A stretch of 64,000 bases of DNA, from NCBI RefSeq assembly GCF_902713615.1, contig NC_052151.1, positions 184,181,242 to 184,245,241 of the forward strand, read 5' to 3'. Made by a program: the position numbers and the translations under genes. The notes beneath the pieces are model-generated. The model was not told where the DNA came from. It ran no database searches and saw only the letters and a list, made by a program, of their open reading frames with translations. The DNA comes from Scyliorhinus canicula (lineage: Eukaryota). Numbering within the stretch: the stretch's first letter is position 1; each line of letters starts with the position of its first letter. Of this stretch, positions 51,751 through 64,000 are shown in pieces.

Positions 51751-52109
51751 TTCAGGTGAGATTTAAGTAAGGCTTTGTTCACTCACAGATGGACATATAG
51801 AATCCTACGGTTCTATTTCTTTAAAAAAAAAGAGCTGGTGAGTTCTCCCTGCAATGTTCGCCATTATTTATCCCTCAATGAACATTTTAAAGGATCGTTC
51901 CTTTAGTCTGTCTGGACATCATCACATTGTTGTTTGTAGGACTTTGCCGTGTGTAAATTGACTGCCATGTTTCCAAAATTACAACAGTGACAACATTTCA
52001 AATATACTTAATTGTCTGTATCGGGCCATTCTGAGGTCTGGAGAGGTGCTATACAAACCCAAGTTATCCCTTCAACAAGCACTGTCATTATTTATTTCTT
52101 TATACCCAC

Positions 52110-52272
52110 CTATGGTCCGCACAGGTTCCATTTGGTCAACTTGTAAATGATTGATCCGGCCATCCTCTCCAACGGTGATGATCTCAGGGCCGTTACAGAC
52201 CAGGCCGGTACAGGGAGCACTGTCATGTGAATGATAGTGGGCACGTTCCCACTCCTGTACCACAGAGAGCAC
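52110..52272 (-). CDS. NUP43: NUP43 exon 4
   Basis: aaacag|GTG..ATA G|gtgggt; VLSVVQEWERAHYH..APCTGLVCNGPEIITVGEDGRINHL..PVRTI. Confidence 0.95.
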
Positions 52273-52389
52273 CTGTTTAAACAAAATGTCAAGTAAAATT
52301 AAAAAAAGAAGACGACAAACCTTCCTTCCACTTTTAATTCTCAAACCTTTTGGTTATTACCATAAAACTTTCACATTTCGTATCTTTAC

Positions 52390-52467
52390 CTCCTCGATTT
52401 CATGATGACGGAATACAATGACACTCCCTGTAGAAGAAGCAGTGACGATCCTCTCCTGATCCAGAAA
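52390..52467 (-). CDS. NUP43: NUP43 exon 3
   Basis: tttttatag|TTT..GAG|gtaaag; FLDQERIVTASSTGSVIVFRHHEIEE. Confidence 0.95.
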
Positions 52468-54590
52468 CTATAAAAATATAAAAGCCATAGTAACATCCAT
52501 TATAAGTCAACATAGGAATTTGTAATTGCGCATGCTTGCTTTGAATGCCTACAGACATTTTGGATTGGATTTGTTTATTGTCACGTGTACCGAGGTACAG
52601 TGAAAAGTATTTTTCTGCAAGCAGCTCAACAGATCATTCAGTACATGGAAGAAAAGGGAATTAAACAATTCAAGAAAATACATGAGAATACATAATAGCC
52701 CAGACACAGGGAAACCCCAATGTTTCTACGTTTTAAATAATTACACTTTTGAAGAATGAACCTACTTTTTAAAAACTTCTTTCATGGCTTGTGGATGGGC
52801 TTGCCCATCCCTAATGGTCTTCAAGGTGGCGATGAGCCACGCTACTGCAGTCTCTGTGTTTCAGCTTTCCTGTCGTGGTTTGATAGAACTAGGTGGTTAG
52901 TGGACCATTTCAGAGGGTAGTTAAGAGTCAAGCACGTTGCTGTGGGTCAGAAGGCATGCATAGACCAGAACAGGTCAAACAAGCAGATTTCCTTCCTTAA
53001 AGAATACTAATGAACCAGATAGGCTTTTACATCAATTGATATTATCTTTATGGTCACTATTACTGACACATTATGTATTCATTAACTTTAACTGAATTCA
53101 CATTCCACCAGCTGCTGTGTTCAGAGTTGAACCAATGTGTCCCAATTCATTTTTTTTTTCAATTAAGGGGCAATTTAGCATGTTCAATCCACCTAACCTG
53201 CATATCTTTGGGTTGTGGGAGCGAAATCCACGCAAACACGGGAGGAATGTGCAAACTCCACACGGACAGTGACCCAGAGCCGGGATCGAACCTGGGAACT
53301 CGGTGGGGTGAGGCGGCAGTGCGAGCCACTGTGCCACCGTGCTGACTCTTCTGCTTCATTGTTGCTCAGGTTCCTGCTGCGGCACAGAGAGCTGATATAC
53401 TTGTACTATACTGGAAAACAGTTAGGCAACTTAATTTTAGCAGTGACCCATCTCAAAACGTTTGCCACAGGGGTCAAACATTTTGCATTATATAAAAGCA
53501 AATTACTGCGGATGCTGAAACAAAAGAGAAAATGCTGGAAAATCTCAGCAAGTCTGGCAGCATCGTTAGGGAGAGAAAAGGGCTAACGTTTTGAGTCCGA
53601 TGACTCTTTGTCAACACATTTTGCATTAATATTTGGGATTTGATTGCCATTTTTTAATCATATTTAGGGGGATTAAAAGCCCACCCCCAATTACCTGAGA
53701 GGAGGTGATGGTGGTCTGCCTTCTTGAGCCGCTGCAGCCCATGCGGCAAAATGTGTATGTAAATATCCTCTACTCATTACACTGTTGTTGAAGGAGACAG
53801 AGGGTGGAAAGAGGGGTGGCAATGGTACGGGGAGGTTCTCCACAATGTTGCCATGGATTCTAGGAAGCACAATGGCAGACAAGGTTACGGACCAAGCACC
53901 GGAAACCGAGATTAGAATTGATGGGTGATTGAACTATAGCAGCACAGACATTATGGGCCAAAGGGCCTGTAAAACTCTATCACTGGGGGCTTCAGTTGCC
54001 CGCAGACTGTTCTTCTTGGTGACAAAAGGCACAAGAGTTAGGCAACCTAAAAGAGATTAATAAACTGATGACAGGTTTTGATAAACAGGGAAAATTAGTC
54101 TTGTAAATGGGGTAATCACCAGGGGGCCAATAATTCTAAATAATTGGAAAAGCTAACCGGAGGAGAGACAAAGAGAAACGTTTTGATTTAGAATTGTAAG
54201 GATCTTCCAGAAAAGGTGATGAAAGCTGATCCATAAAAAACTTTAAAAGGGACTTGTTCAGGTGTACAAGATGGAGGAACTTGCAGGAATTATAGACCAA
54301 GAAAACAGAGATTTGGGCGTGACGACACCAGCACAGGTCCTTCTCGAAGCAGTAAACTCTTGGCTGATGCAATGGTGCCAGTACTCATCTTAATCCTACA
54401 CTAACACATTTCCTTCTGTGATAACTCAACACCAGAATATACAACGTTGAATGCAACACAATTTTGATGACGTGCAAATTATAGCAGCAGTATTTGAAAT
54501 GGGATCCAATGCAACCTTGGGGAAATTAGGATATGTGCAAGGTGGGTTGCATGGTCTCATTCAAACTTTCATTCACTGCTTTACAGTTAC

Positions 54591-54710
54591 CTGTAGGTCC
54601 ATGACGTCACCATTGTGCTGGATTTTACACAAGGGCTTAGTGCTCTCCAAGAACAGCTGATCTGTTTCAGTGTCTTCTGTAACTGCTTCCCAAATGCAGA
54701 CCGTATTCTT
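54591..54710 (-). CDS. NUP43: NUP43 exon 2
   Basis: cctatgcag|AAG..CAG|gtaact; KNTVCIWE..LCKIQHNGDVMDLQ. Confidence 0.95.
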
Positions 54711-55662
54711 CTGCATAGGACAAAAAAAAAAGAGAAGAATGGTTCATTCCAGGGACTGAAAAAAAAACAGGACCTGTCTCAACTACAGTCCTCTTACAAG
54801 CTTGGAGCGAGCTGTTTAACCCGTTCTGCGAGTGTGGAACTGAACGAGATAATGATGAAGTTAATAACCATCAGGTGAGGGGCAAGATATGAATATAATT
54901 AGAACATAATAAAAGATTATAGAATCTCAAACCAAGAAGAAGGTCATTCAGCCTATCTTGCCTGTACAGGTTCTTTGAACGAGCTATGCAAATAATCCCA
55001 ATCTCTCTGCTCTTTCCCCATAGCCTTGCATGTTTCTGTTTCAAGTATTGATCCAATTCACTTTTGCAAGTTATAGAACATAGAACAGTACAGCACAGAA
55101 CAGGCCCTTCGGCCCTCGATGTTGTGCCGAGTAATGATCACCCTACTTAAACCCACGTAACCCGTATACCCGTAACCCAACAATCCCCCCATTAACCTTA
55201 CACTACGGGCAATTTAGCATGGCCAATCCACCTAACCCGCATATCTTTGGACTGTGGGAGGAAACCGGAGCACCCGGAGGAAACCCACGCACACACGGGG
55301 AGGACGTGCAGACTCCACACAGACAGTGACCCAGCCGGGAATCGAACCTGGGACCCTGGAGCTGTGAAGCATTGATGCTAACCACCATGCTACCGTGAGG
55401 CCCCCACGGTATTGAATTGAATCTACTTCCACTAGCCTTTCAGGCAGTGCATTCCAGATCATAGCTCACAGCATAAAAAAGTCTCATCTCCCTTCTGGCT
55501 CTTTGGCAATATATATATAATATATATATATTATGTATATTTTTAAAATTTCCAATTAAGGGGCAAATTTAGCATGGTCAATACACCTACACTGCACATC
55601 TTTTGGGTTGTGGGGGTGAGACTAATGCAGACACAGGGAGGATTTCCCACTTTCAGTCTGTT

Positions 55663-55700
55663 AGCTTTGACAAAGAGTCATTGGACTCGAAACATTAGCT
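55663..55700 (+). ncRNA. Minimal hammerhead ribozyme motif, U3-A8 core variant, with a mismatch in stem III
   Basis: AGCT-TTGACAA-aGAGTC attg GACTC-GAAAC-ATT-AGCT; sibling copies have GTT at the cleavage triplet. Confidence 0.5.
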
Positions 55701-56379
55701 CTTTTCCCTCCCTACAGATGCTGCCAGACCTGCTGAGATTTTCCAGCATTTTCTCTTTCGTCACAGGGAGGATGTTCAAACTCCACATGGGTAGTCCCTG
55801 GCACCGTGAGTCAGCAGTGCTAAGCACTGTGCCACAGTGCCGCCCCTTTCTGGCAAAATTAAAGCTATGTCTGCGAGTTACTGACTCTCCTGCAACTGGA
55901 AACAGTTTCCCCTTATTTACTTGATCAAAGCCTTACACAACCTTGAACACTTTGACAAAACCTGCCTGTGAACCTCATAGCTCCAAGAACCATCCTAGTT
56001 TCTTGGGTCTCTCCACATAAATGAAGACTCAATCCCAGTACCATTTTATTAAATCTCCCCTGCACCCTCATCAAGTTCTTGAAAATGAAAATGAAATGAA
56101 AATTGCTTATTGTTACGAGTAGGCTTCAATGAAGTTACTGTGAAAAGCCCCATGTCACCACATTCTGGCGCCTGTTCGGGGAGGCTGGTACGGGAATTGA
56201 ACCGTGCTGCTGGCCTGCCTTGGTCTGCTTTAAAAGCCAGCGATTCAGCCCAGTGTGCTAAACCAGCCCCATAATAAGGTCTTCACACACTTCCTAAGGT
56301 GCTGCACCCAAAATTGGACACAACAGGCCTCAGAACCTGTGATTTATAAAATGACTTCCTAGTGATTATGTAGGATTAC

Positions 56380-57430
56380 ATAGAATGTACAGAACAGAAA
56401 CCAGTCACTTAACCCAGCAGGTGGATGCCTGTGTTTAAGTTCCACATGAACCTCCTCCCACAATTCTTCATTAAACCGTATCAGCCCTTCTATTCCTTTC
56501 TGCCTCACTGTTTATCCTTAATTCCACTTAAATGCATCAATATTTGTCAACTCAACCAGTTCTTGTGGGAGCAAATTTTAAATTCCAACCTCTCACTGTG
56601 TAAAGATGCTTCTCCCGAATTTCCGATTAATGGTTACTACCTGATATTAATGACCTCTAGTTTTGGAGTCCCTCATAGGTGGAAATATCTTCTCTACACC
56701 TATCCTATCAAATCCCTTCATAATCTTAAAATACTTCCATTGGCTTATCACCCCCCAGTCTTCATTCCTTACAAGAGAGAGGAGGAGCTCCAGCCTGAAC
56801 AACCTAAACTGATAGACATGATCTTTCAGTTCCGGTGTCATTCTAGTCAATCTTTTTTGCACCTCTTCCAGCCTCTATATCACCTGGAGACCAGAACTGT
56901 GCACAGTACTCCCAAGTGTGGTCTAACCATGCTGAGGTACAGGTTTAAGATAACTTCTCTGCTTTTCAATTCTAACGTGCTGGAAATGAATCCCAGTGCT
57001 TTTTAAAGGCCTTATTAATCGGTTTGGTAATACGTGTTTCTGTATTCCCTGATAATTTTGTTCCTCTACCTCAATTAGAAACACATGTTTTAAGGCACGT
57101 CTGACCTCTTTATTCTTCCTACCAAAACATACCATCTTACACTTAACCGTATTGAGATTCATTTGCCAATTATGCGGTCATTCTTTAAATTGTTAATGTT
57201 TTCCTGCATTTTCTCAGTCTCTGCTGTATTAATTATACCCTCCAATTTGGTGTCAGTTGCCAATTTTTGAAATTATATTTCAAATTCTTGATTGAAATGG
57301 TTTGTATGAATGATAAACAAGAGTGGTCCCAGCATCAGGAACATCATTTCCCTTCTTTTTGCCAATCTTAAGAACTTCCTTTAACCCCCAACACTACTCT
57401 GTATTTGTAGTCAGCTTGGTATCCATTCAA
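56380..57430 (-). mobile_element. Old CR1-type LINE fragment
   Basis: RPHLGVL..FWSP, RMTPELK and FKIMKGFDR motifs. Confidence 0.7.
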
Positions 57431-57739
57431 TAAGGATCTTTTCACAAATCGTTACAGGGCAGAACGAGGCCATTCGGGTCTGCATCAACATTCTGAAAGA
57501 ACAACCTACCTGAGCCCACTCCCCAGCACTGTCACCATAACCCCACATAACCTACACGCCTTTTGGATGCGAAGGGGCAATTTAGCATGACTAATCCACC
57601 CAACCTGTACATCTTTAGACTGAGGAAGGAAACTGGAAAACATCTTCTGAATATTTGTATCTTAAAAAATGTCAAGGATCACGTATGAGTTGTCAACCAG
57701 ATTCACTCCTGCCAATGGACCTCCTTCCCCTCTTGGAGA

Positions 57740-58720
57740 CCCACCCTCCAATCTCCCTGGGCGACCCCCCTCCAATCTCCCTGGGGGGGTGGGCTCCCCC
57801 CTCCAATCTCCCTGGGGGGGTGGGCTCCTCCCTTCAATCTCCCTGGGGGGGTGGGCTCCCCCTTCAATCTCCCTGGGGGGTGGGCTCCCCCCTCCAATCT
57901 CCCTGGGAGGGGGGCATCTCCAATCTCCCTGGGAGGGGGGCATCTCCAATCTCCCTGGGAGGGGGTCATCTCCAATCTCCCTGGGAGGGGGGCATCTCCA
58001 ATCTCCCTGGGACGGGCTCCCCCCTCCCCCTCCTCCCCCCCTCCCTCCCCCCCCCCTCACCCCCCTTTCCCCCCCCCAATCTCCCTGGGACGGGCTCCCT
58101 CCAATCTCCCTGGGACGGGCTCCCTCCAATCTCCCTGGGACGGGCTCCGTCCAATCTCCCTGGGACGGGCTCCCTCCAATCTCCCTGGGACGGGCTCCCT
58201 CCAATCTCCCTGGGACGGGCTCCCTCCAATCTCCCTGGGACGGGCTCCCTCCAATCTCCCTGGGACGGGCTCCCTCCAATCTCCCTGGGACGGGCTCCCT
58301 CCAATCTCCCTGGGACGGGCTCCCTCCAATCTCCCTGGGACGGGCTCCCTCCAATCTCCCTGGGACGGGCTCCCTCCAATCTCCCTGGGACGGGCTCCCT
58401 CCAATCTCCCTGGGACGGGCTCCCTCCCATCTCCCTGGGACGGGCTCCCCCCCCCCCCCTCCAAACTCCCTGGGACGGGCTCCCCCCCATCTCCCTGGGA
58501 CGGTCTCCCCCCCTCCAAACTCCCTGGGACGGGCCCCCTCCAATCTCCCTGGGACGGGCTCCCCCCCCTCCAAACTCCCTGGGACGGGCTCCCCCCTCCA
58601 AACTCCCTGGGACGGGATCCCCCCTCCAAACTCCCTGGGACGGGCTCCCCCCTCCAAACTCCCTGGGACGGGCTCCCCCCTCCAAACTCCCTGGGACGGG
58701 CTCCCCCCTCCAATCTCCTT
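57740..58720. repeat. ~1-kb compound minisatellite in NUP43 intron 1, core 25-bp unit CCAATCTCCCTGGGACGGGCTCCCT
   Basis: Near-perfect block ~58077-58440 flanked by variant-unit blocks; open in several frames only because it lacks stop codons. Confidence 0.95.
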
Positions 58721-58834
58721 CGGGGCTCCCTCTCCTTCCCTCCAGCTCTTCCCCCTCTTGGCAGCAGACCCCAAGTTGCATCTCTTCTCCTTCTTCCTCC
58801 CCGCCTCCTTGTTATCGCCTCACGCTCTGCTCAC

Positions 58835-58945
58835 CTCGGCGTCCCACGATCCGCTGGCAAAGCATTCGGGGAGCTGGAGGCTGGAGCCGGTCGTCGGCCG
58901 CCAGCGGACCCGGCTGATCTTCTGCGAGACGTACCTGCCCTCCAT
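58835..58945 (-). CDS. NUP43: NUP43 exon 1 (nucleoporin Nup43, WD40 member of the Y-complex)
   Basis: MEGRYVSQKISRVRWRPTTGSSLQLPECFASGSWDAE|gtgagc matches the NUP43 N-terminus; the 8 exons sum to 1107 nt. Confidence 0.96.
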
Positions 58946-59130
58946 GATCGCAGGGGGAACGCCGCGACCCCGGGGCGGTTAACTTCCGGGTGGAGGGAGA
59001 CAACTTCCGGGCAGAGAGAGAGAGGCAACTTCCGGGAAGAGAGGGAGGGAGAGAGAGACAACTTCCGGGCGGAGAGAGAGACAACTTCCGGGCGGAGAGA
59101 GAGACAACTTCCGGATTACTCCCCGGCTCA
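58946..59130 (-). promoter_or_regulatory. NUP43 CpG promoter with six ETS/GABP sites (CCGGAAGT)
   Basis: ACTTCCGG at about 58982, 59003, 59028, 59061, 59084 and 59107. Confidence 0.8.
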
Positions 59131-60398
59131 CCAGCTCAGTTATTGCTGTTGTGGGTTGTTGCTAAACCTTACCCCATGGTATGAAGCGGTAAGTAATATC
59201 GATGAACGACATTAGAGCGGGTATTAGAGCGAAGTTCACTATTGGTGGAAAGCGGAATTGGTGTCTGAATAGTAATGTTGTGGGTGGAAGAGGCACTCAC
59301 TCCCCTGACTTGAACACAATAATCGGGGCTGACACTGCAGTGCGAGACTGAGGGAGTGCTGCGTTGTCGCACGCCTTTCAAATATGGTGTTCATCTGCTG
59401 CCCTCTCAGATGGACATAAAATATCCCATTGTGTTATTGGATGAAGAGCAGGGCTTCATCTGGGATGAAGGCTGAGCTGTAGTGGATAAATAGGAGTCTG
59501 GAATAGGTGTCTTTGTTATCTAGGTGTTCCAGAGCAGAGTGCCATGGAGATGGCGTCTGCTGTTGGCCTGTTGCAGCGGTAGGCGAACTGTAGTGGATCA
59601 GAGAGGCTGGAGTTGATTTGTGCCATGACTAACCTTCCGAAGCACTTCATGATGATGGATGAAGTCTCCCTGGTGCCTGGCTGGTATTTATCCCAGAGTC
59701 ACTGAAAAAACCAGATAATCTGGTCATGATCTCATTGCTGCTGTGGGACATTGCTCTGTGCAAATTGGCTGTAACATTTCCGATCTTACATTTTTACAAA
59801 ATTGGGTGGCATGGTGGCACAACACTGCCGCCTCACAGCTCCGGAACCCAGGTTCAATTGCAGCCTCAGGTGATTGTGTGGAGTTTGCACGCCCCGTGTC
59901 TGCATGGGTTTCCTTCGGGTGCTCCGGTTTCCTCCCACAGTCCAAAGATGTGCCGGCTAGGTAGATTGGCCACGTTAAATTGCCCCTTAGTGTCCAAAAG
60001 ATTAGCTGGGTTACGGGGATAGGGTGGAGGTGTGGGCTTAAGTAGGGTGCTCTTTCCAAGGGCTGGTGCAGTCTCAGGGCCAAATGGCCTCCCTCTGCAC
60101 TGTAAATTCTATGATTCTAAGCCATGTTGTGACATCCTCAGGTGTTAAGGGTGCAATGTATCTTTTTGTTAGTATTTGTAATATCTATTTTTGGTGCCTA
60201 CGTGTGTAATATGTTATTAGTTTAAAACTGAAATTCTTGTTATTAATGTTAATGCAAATTCTGTTGGTTTTAAAATTGACTAATATGCCTTTGTCATGTT
60301 AGATTCGGAGTATTATCCATTACAATTAGTATCAGCTCTGGCTCAATGATGGTAAACACACTCAAGACTTGAGCACATAATCCAGTCTGTACTGAGGA

Positions 60399-63300
60399 TT
60401 TTGATTTGATTTATTATTGTCACATGTATTATGAACATGAATGAATGAATATCGCTTATTGTCACAAGTAGACTTCAAATGAAGTTACTGTGAAAAGCCC
60501 CTAGTCGCCACATTCCGGCGCCTGTTCGGGGAATTGAACCGTGCTGCTGGCCTGCCTTGGTCTGCTTTCAAAGCCAGCAATTTAGCCCTGTGCTAAGCAG
60601 CCCCTAGTATATAATGAAAAGTATTGTTTCTTGCATGCTGTACAAACAATGCATACCCTACATAGGGAAGGAAGGAGAGACTGCAAAATATAATGTTACA
60701 GTTATAGCAAGATGTAGAGAAAAGATCAACTTAATACGAGGTAGGTCCATTCAAACGTTTGATGGCAGCAGGGAAGAAACCGTTCTTGAGTCAGTTGGTA
60801 GAACAAAGAAAATTACAGCACAGGAACAGGCCCTTCGGCCCTCCCAGCCTGCGCCAATCCAGATCCTTTATCTAAACCTGTCTCCTATTTTCCAAGGTCT
60901 ACTTCCCTCTGTTCGCGCCCATTCATATACCTGTCTAGATGCTTCTTAAATGATGTTATCGTGCCTGCCTCTACCACCTCCACTGGTAAAGCGTTCCAGG
61001 CACCCACCACCCTCTGCGTAAAAGACTTTCCACGCACATCTCCCTTACACTATCCCCCTCTCACCTTGAAATCGTGACTCCTTGTAACTGACACCCCCAA
61101 TCTTGGGAAAAGCTTGTTGCTATCCACCCTGTCTATACCTCTCATAATTTTGTAGACCTCAATCAGGTCCCCCCTCAACCTCCGTCTTTCCAACAAAAAC
61201 AATCCTAATCTACTCAACCTTTCTTCATAGCTAGCACCCTCCATACCAGGCAACATCCTGGTGTACCTCCTCTGCATCCTCTCCAAGGCATCCACATCCT
61301 TCTGGTAATGTGGCGACGAGAACTGCACGCAGTATTCCAAATGTGGCCTAACCAAAGTCCTATACAACTGTAACATGACCTGCCAACTCTTGTACTCAAT
61401 ACCCCGTCCGATGAAGGCAAGCATGCTGTATGCCTTCTTGACCACTCTATCAACCTGTGTTGCCACCTTCAGGGTACAATGGACCTGAACTCCCAGATCT
61501 CTCTGCACATCAATTTTCCCCAAGACTCTTCCATTGACCATATAGTCCGCTCTTGAATTTGATCTTCCAAAATGCATCACCTCGCATTTGCCTGGATTGA
61601 ACCCATCTGCCATTTCTCTGCCCAACTCTCCAATCTATCTATATTTTGTTGTATTCTCTGACAGTCCTCCTCGCTATATGCAACTCCACCAATCTTAGTA
61701 TCATCTGCAAACTTGCTAATCAGACCACCTATACCTTCCTCCAGGTCATTTATGTAGATCACAAACAACAGTGGTCTGAGCACGGATCCCTGTGGAATGC
61801 CACTAGTCACCCTTCTCCATTTTGAGACACTCCCTTCCACCACTACTCTCTGTCTCCTGTTGCCCAGCCAGTTCTTTATCCATCTAGCTAGTACACCCTG
61901 AACCCCATGTGACTTCACTTTTTCCATCAACCTGCCATGGGAAACCTTATCAAACGCCTTACTAAAGTCCATGTATACGACATCTACAGCCCTTCCCTCA
62001 TCAATTAACTTTGTCACTTCCTCAAAGAATACTATTAGGTTTGTAAGACATGACCTTCCCTGCACAAAACCATGCTGCCTATCACTGATAAGTCTATTTT
62101 CTTCCTCAAACTTTGGTATCTTTTCCTGACGGAAGAAGGTGGAAGAGAGTATAATCAGGGGTGTGTGGGGTCCTTAATTATGCTGGCTGCCTTTCCGAGG
62201 CAGCGGGAATTGTAGATAGAGTCAATGGATGGGAGGCTGGTTTGCGTGATGGACTGGGCTACATTCACGACCTTTTGTTGTTTCCCGCGGTCTTGGGCAG
62301 AGCAGGCTCCATACCAAGCTGTGATACAACCAGAAAGAATGCTTTCTATGGAGCATCTGTAGAAGTTGGTGAGGGTCATAGCTGACATGCCAAATTTCCT
62401 TAATCTTCTGAGAAAGTAGTCGTTGGTGGGCTTTCTTAACTATTGTGTCGGCATGGGGGACCAGGGCATGTTGTTGGTCATTTGTACACCTAAAAACCTG
62501 AAGCTCTCAACCCTTTCTACTTCGTTCCCATTGATGTAGACAGGTGCATGTTCTCCACTACGTTTCCTGAAGTCGATGAAAATCTTCATTTTGTTGACAT
62601 TGAGGGAGAGATTAATGTCGTTGCACCAGTTCACCAAATTCTCTATCTCATTCCTGTACTCTGTCTCATCATTTTTTGAAATCCGACCCACTACGGTGGT
62701 GTCATGAGCAAATTTGAAAATCGAGTTGGAGGGGAATTTGTCCACACAGCCATAGGTGTATAAGGAGTACAGTTGGGGGCTGAGGACACACCCTTGTGGG
62801 GCACCGGTGTTGAGGATGATCGTGGAGGAGGTGTTGTTGCCTATCTTTACTGATTGTGGCCTGTGGGTTAGAAAGTCCAGGATCCAGTCACAGAGGGAGC
62901 AGCCGAGGCCAAGGCCATGGAGTTTGGAGATGAGTTTAGTAGGAATGATGGTGTTGAAGGCTGAGCTGTAGTCGATAAATAGGAGTCTGACATGGGTGTC
63001 TTTGTTATCTAGGTGTTCCAGGGCAGAGTGCAGGGCCATGGAGATGGCATCTGCTGTCGGCCTGTTGCAGCGGTAGGCGAACTGTAGTGGATCAAGGCAA
63101 TCAGAGAGGCTGGAGTTGATTCGTGCCATGACTAACCTTCCGAAGCACTTCATGATGATGGATTGAGTCACTGGACGATAGTCATTCAGGCATGCTGCTT
63201 GGCTTTTCTTTGGTACAGGGATGTTGGTCAGCTTCTTGAAGCAGATAGGGACCTCGGATTGTTGTAAAGAGAGGTTGAAGATGTATGTGAATACCCCCGC

Positions 63301-64000
63301 CAGCTGATCCGTGCAAGACCTGAGTGCTCGTCCGGGTACCCCATCCGGGCCAATGGCTTTCCGAGGGTGGATGTCGAGAAGGCTGCTCTGACGTCTGCAA
63401 TGATGATCTCAGATACATGTTTATCCGAGGCTTCTGGGGTGGAGGGCTCACTCTCGCTGACCTCTTGCTCAAAGCGGGCATAGAATGCATTGAGCTCATC
63501 AGGGAGGGGTGCGTTGGAGCCGGCGATTTTACATGCCTTCATCTTGTAGCCCCTTAGGTCTTGCAGATTGTGCCATAGATGGTGGGGGTCCATGTGGCTA
63601 GCCTGGGACTCGAGCTTGGTCCGGTACTGTCGTTTGGCAGCTTTGGGGGATTTGTTTTGATCATATCTAGCTTTCTTGTATTGGTCAGGGTCGTCTGACT
63701 TGAACGCCTTAGACCTAGACTTCAGCATGCAGTGGATATCGCTGTTCTTCCAGGGTTTCTGGTTGGGATACACGCAGATTTGCTTCTTTGGCACACAGTC
63801 TTCTACACACTTAGTAATGGAGTCAGTTATTGTAGTGGCATACTCGTTCAGGCTGGTCGCAGAGTTTTTAAAATACTGACCAGTCCATTGACTGTAAGCA
63901 GTCCCGTATGAGATCATCCGATTCCTCAGACCAACAATACACGACTTTCATTGACGGATTCTCACGCTTTAGTTTTTGCTTATAAGCAGGGAGCAGGAGC
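60399..64000 (-). mobile_element. Rex1/Babar-like LINE (continues past the right edge), interrupted by a SINE (~60440-60605) and a CR1 (~60801-62104). Short related 3' ends at ~42190-42337 (+) and ~52560-52700 (-)
   Basis: [51 protein letters not shown] and FYRCSIESILSGCITAWYG motifs; GTGACAATAA-(AATCA)n tail. Confidence 0.85.
60801..62104 (-). mobile_element. Young CR1-type (HER1-like) LINE fragment nested in the Rex1-like element
   Basis: GRSCLTNL..VDVVYMDFSKAFDKV..PQGSVL..KFADDTK..LVRPHLEYCVQF motifs. Confidence 0.9.

Noticed and set aside
57655-59215. Long ORFs of 218-454 aa on both strands
   Set aside because: They are stop-free translations of the 25-bp minisatellite, with repetitive low-complexity peptides overlapping NUP43 intron 1 and exon 1.
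59130-64000. PCMT1 coding exon expected from synteny
   Set aside because: No MAWKSGG-like sequence was found; the region is filled by repeats.

Overview
Vertebrate genomic DNA, very probably a shark (catshark-like), judged from the SINE/LINE families and repeat-dense introns; this is an inference. Two spliced genes lie in tandem on the minus strand. NUP43 is complete: 8 coding exons, 58945->39847, 1107 nt = 368 aa + stop, with all splice phases consistent. LATS1 is represented by its 5' half: a CpG-island first exon near 27.5 kb and coding exons 25275-24919, 12173-12023 and 7417-5847; the kinase-domain exons lie off the left edge. This matches the human NUP43-LATS1 order. The rest is mostly transposons: a near full-length Gypsy LTR element (28677-33378), L1/Tx1, CR1, L2, Rex1-like and Penelope fragments, a Harbinger relic and many tRNA-derived SINEs. 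The most interesting signals are: (1) the Gypsy has no tRNA primer-binding site but a 13-bp perfect complement to its own LTR that covers the poly(A) signal, plus about 10% divergent LTRs, no clear TSD and a YLDN RT motif; (2) minimal hammerhead ribozymes in Penelope remnants, including a U3-A8 core variant; (3) both promoters carry tandem repeats that multiply transcription-factor motifs; (4) uORF and start-stop elements in the LATS1 leader; (5) one V-SINE head is found with three different LINE-derived tails. All coordinates were read by eye; repeat boundaries are approximate.
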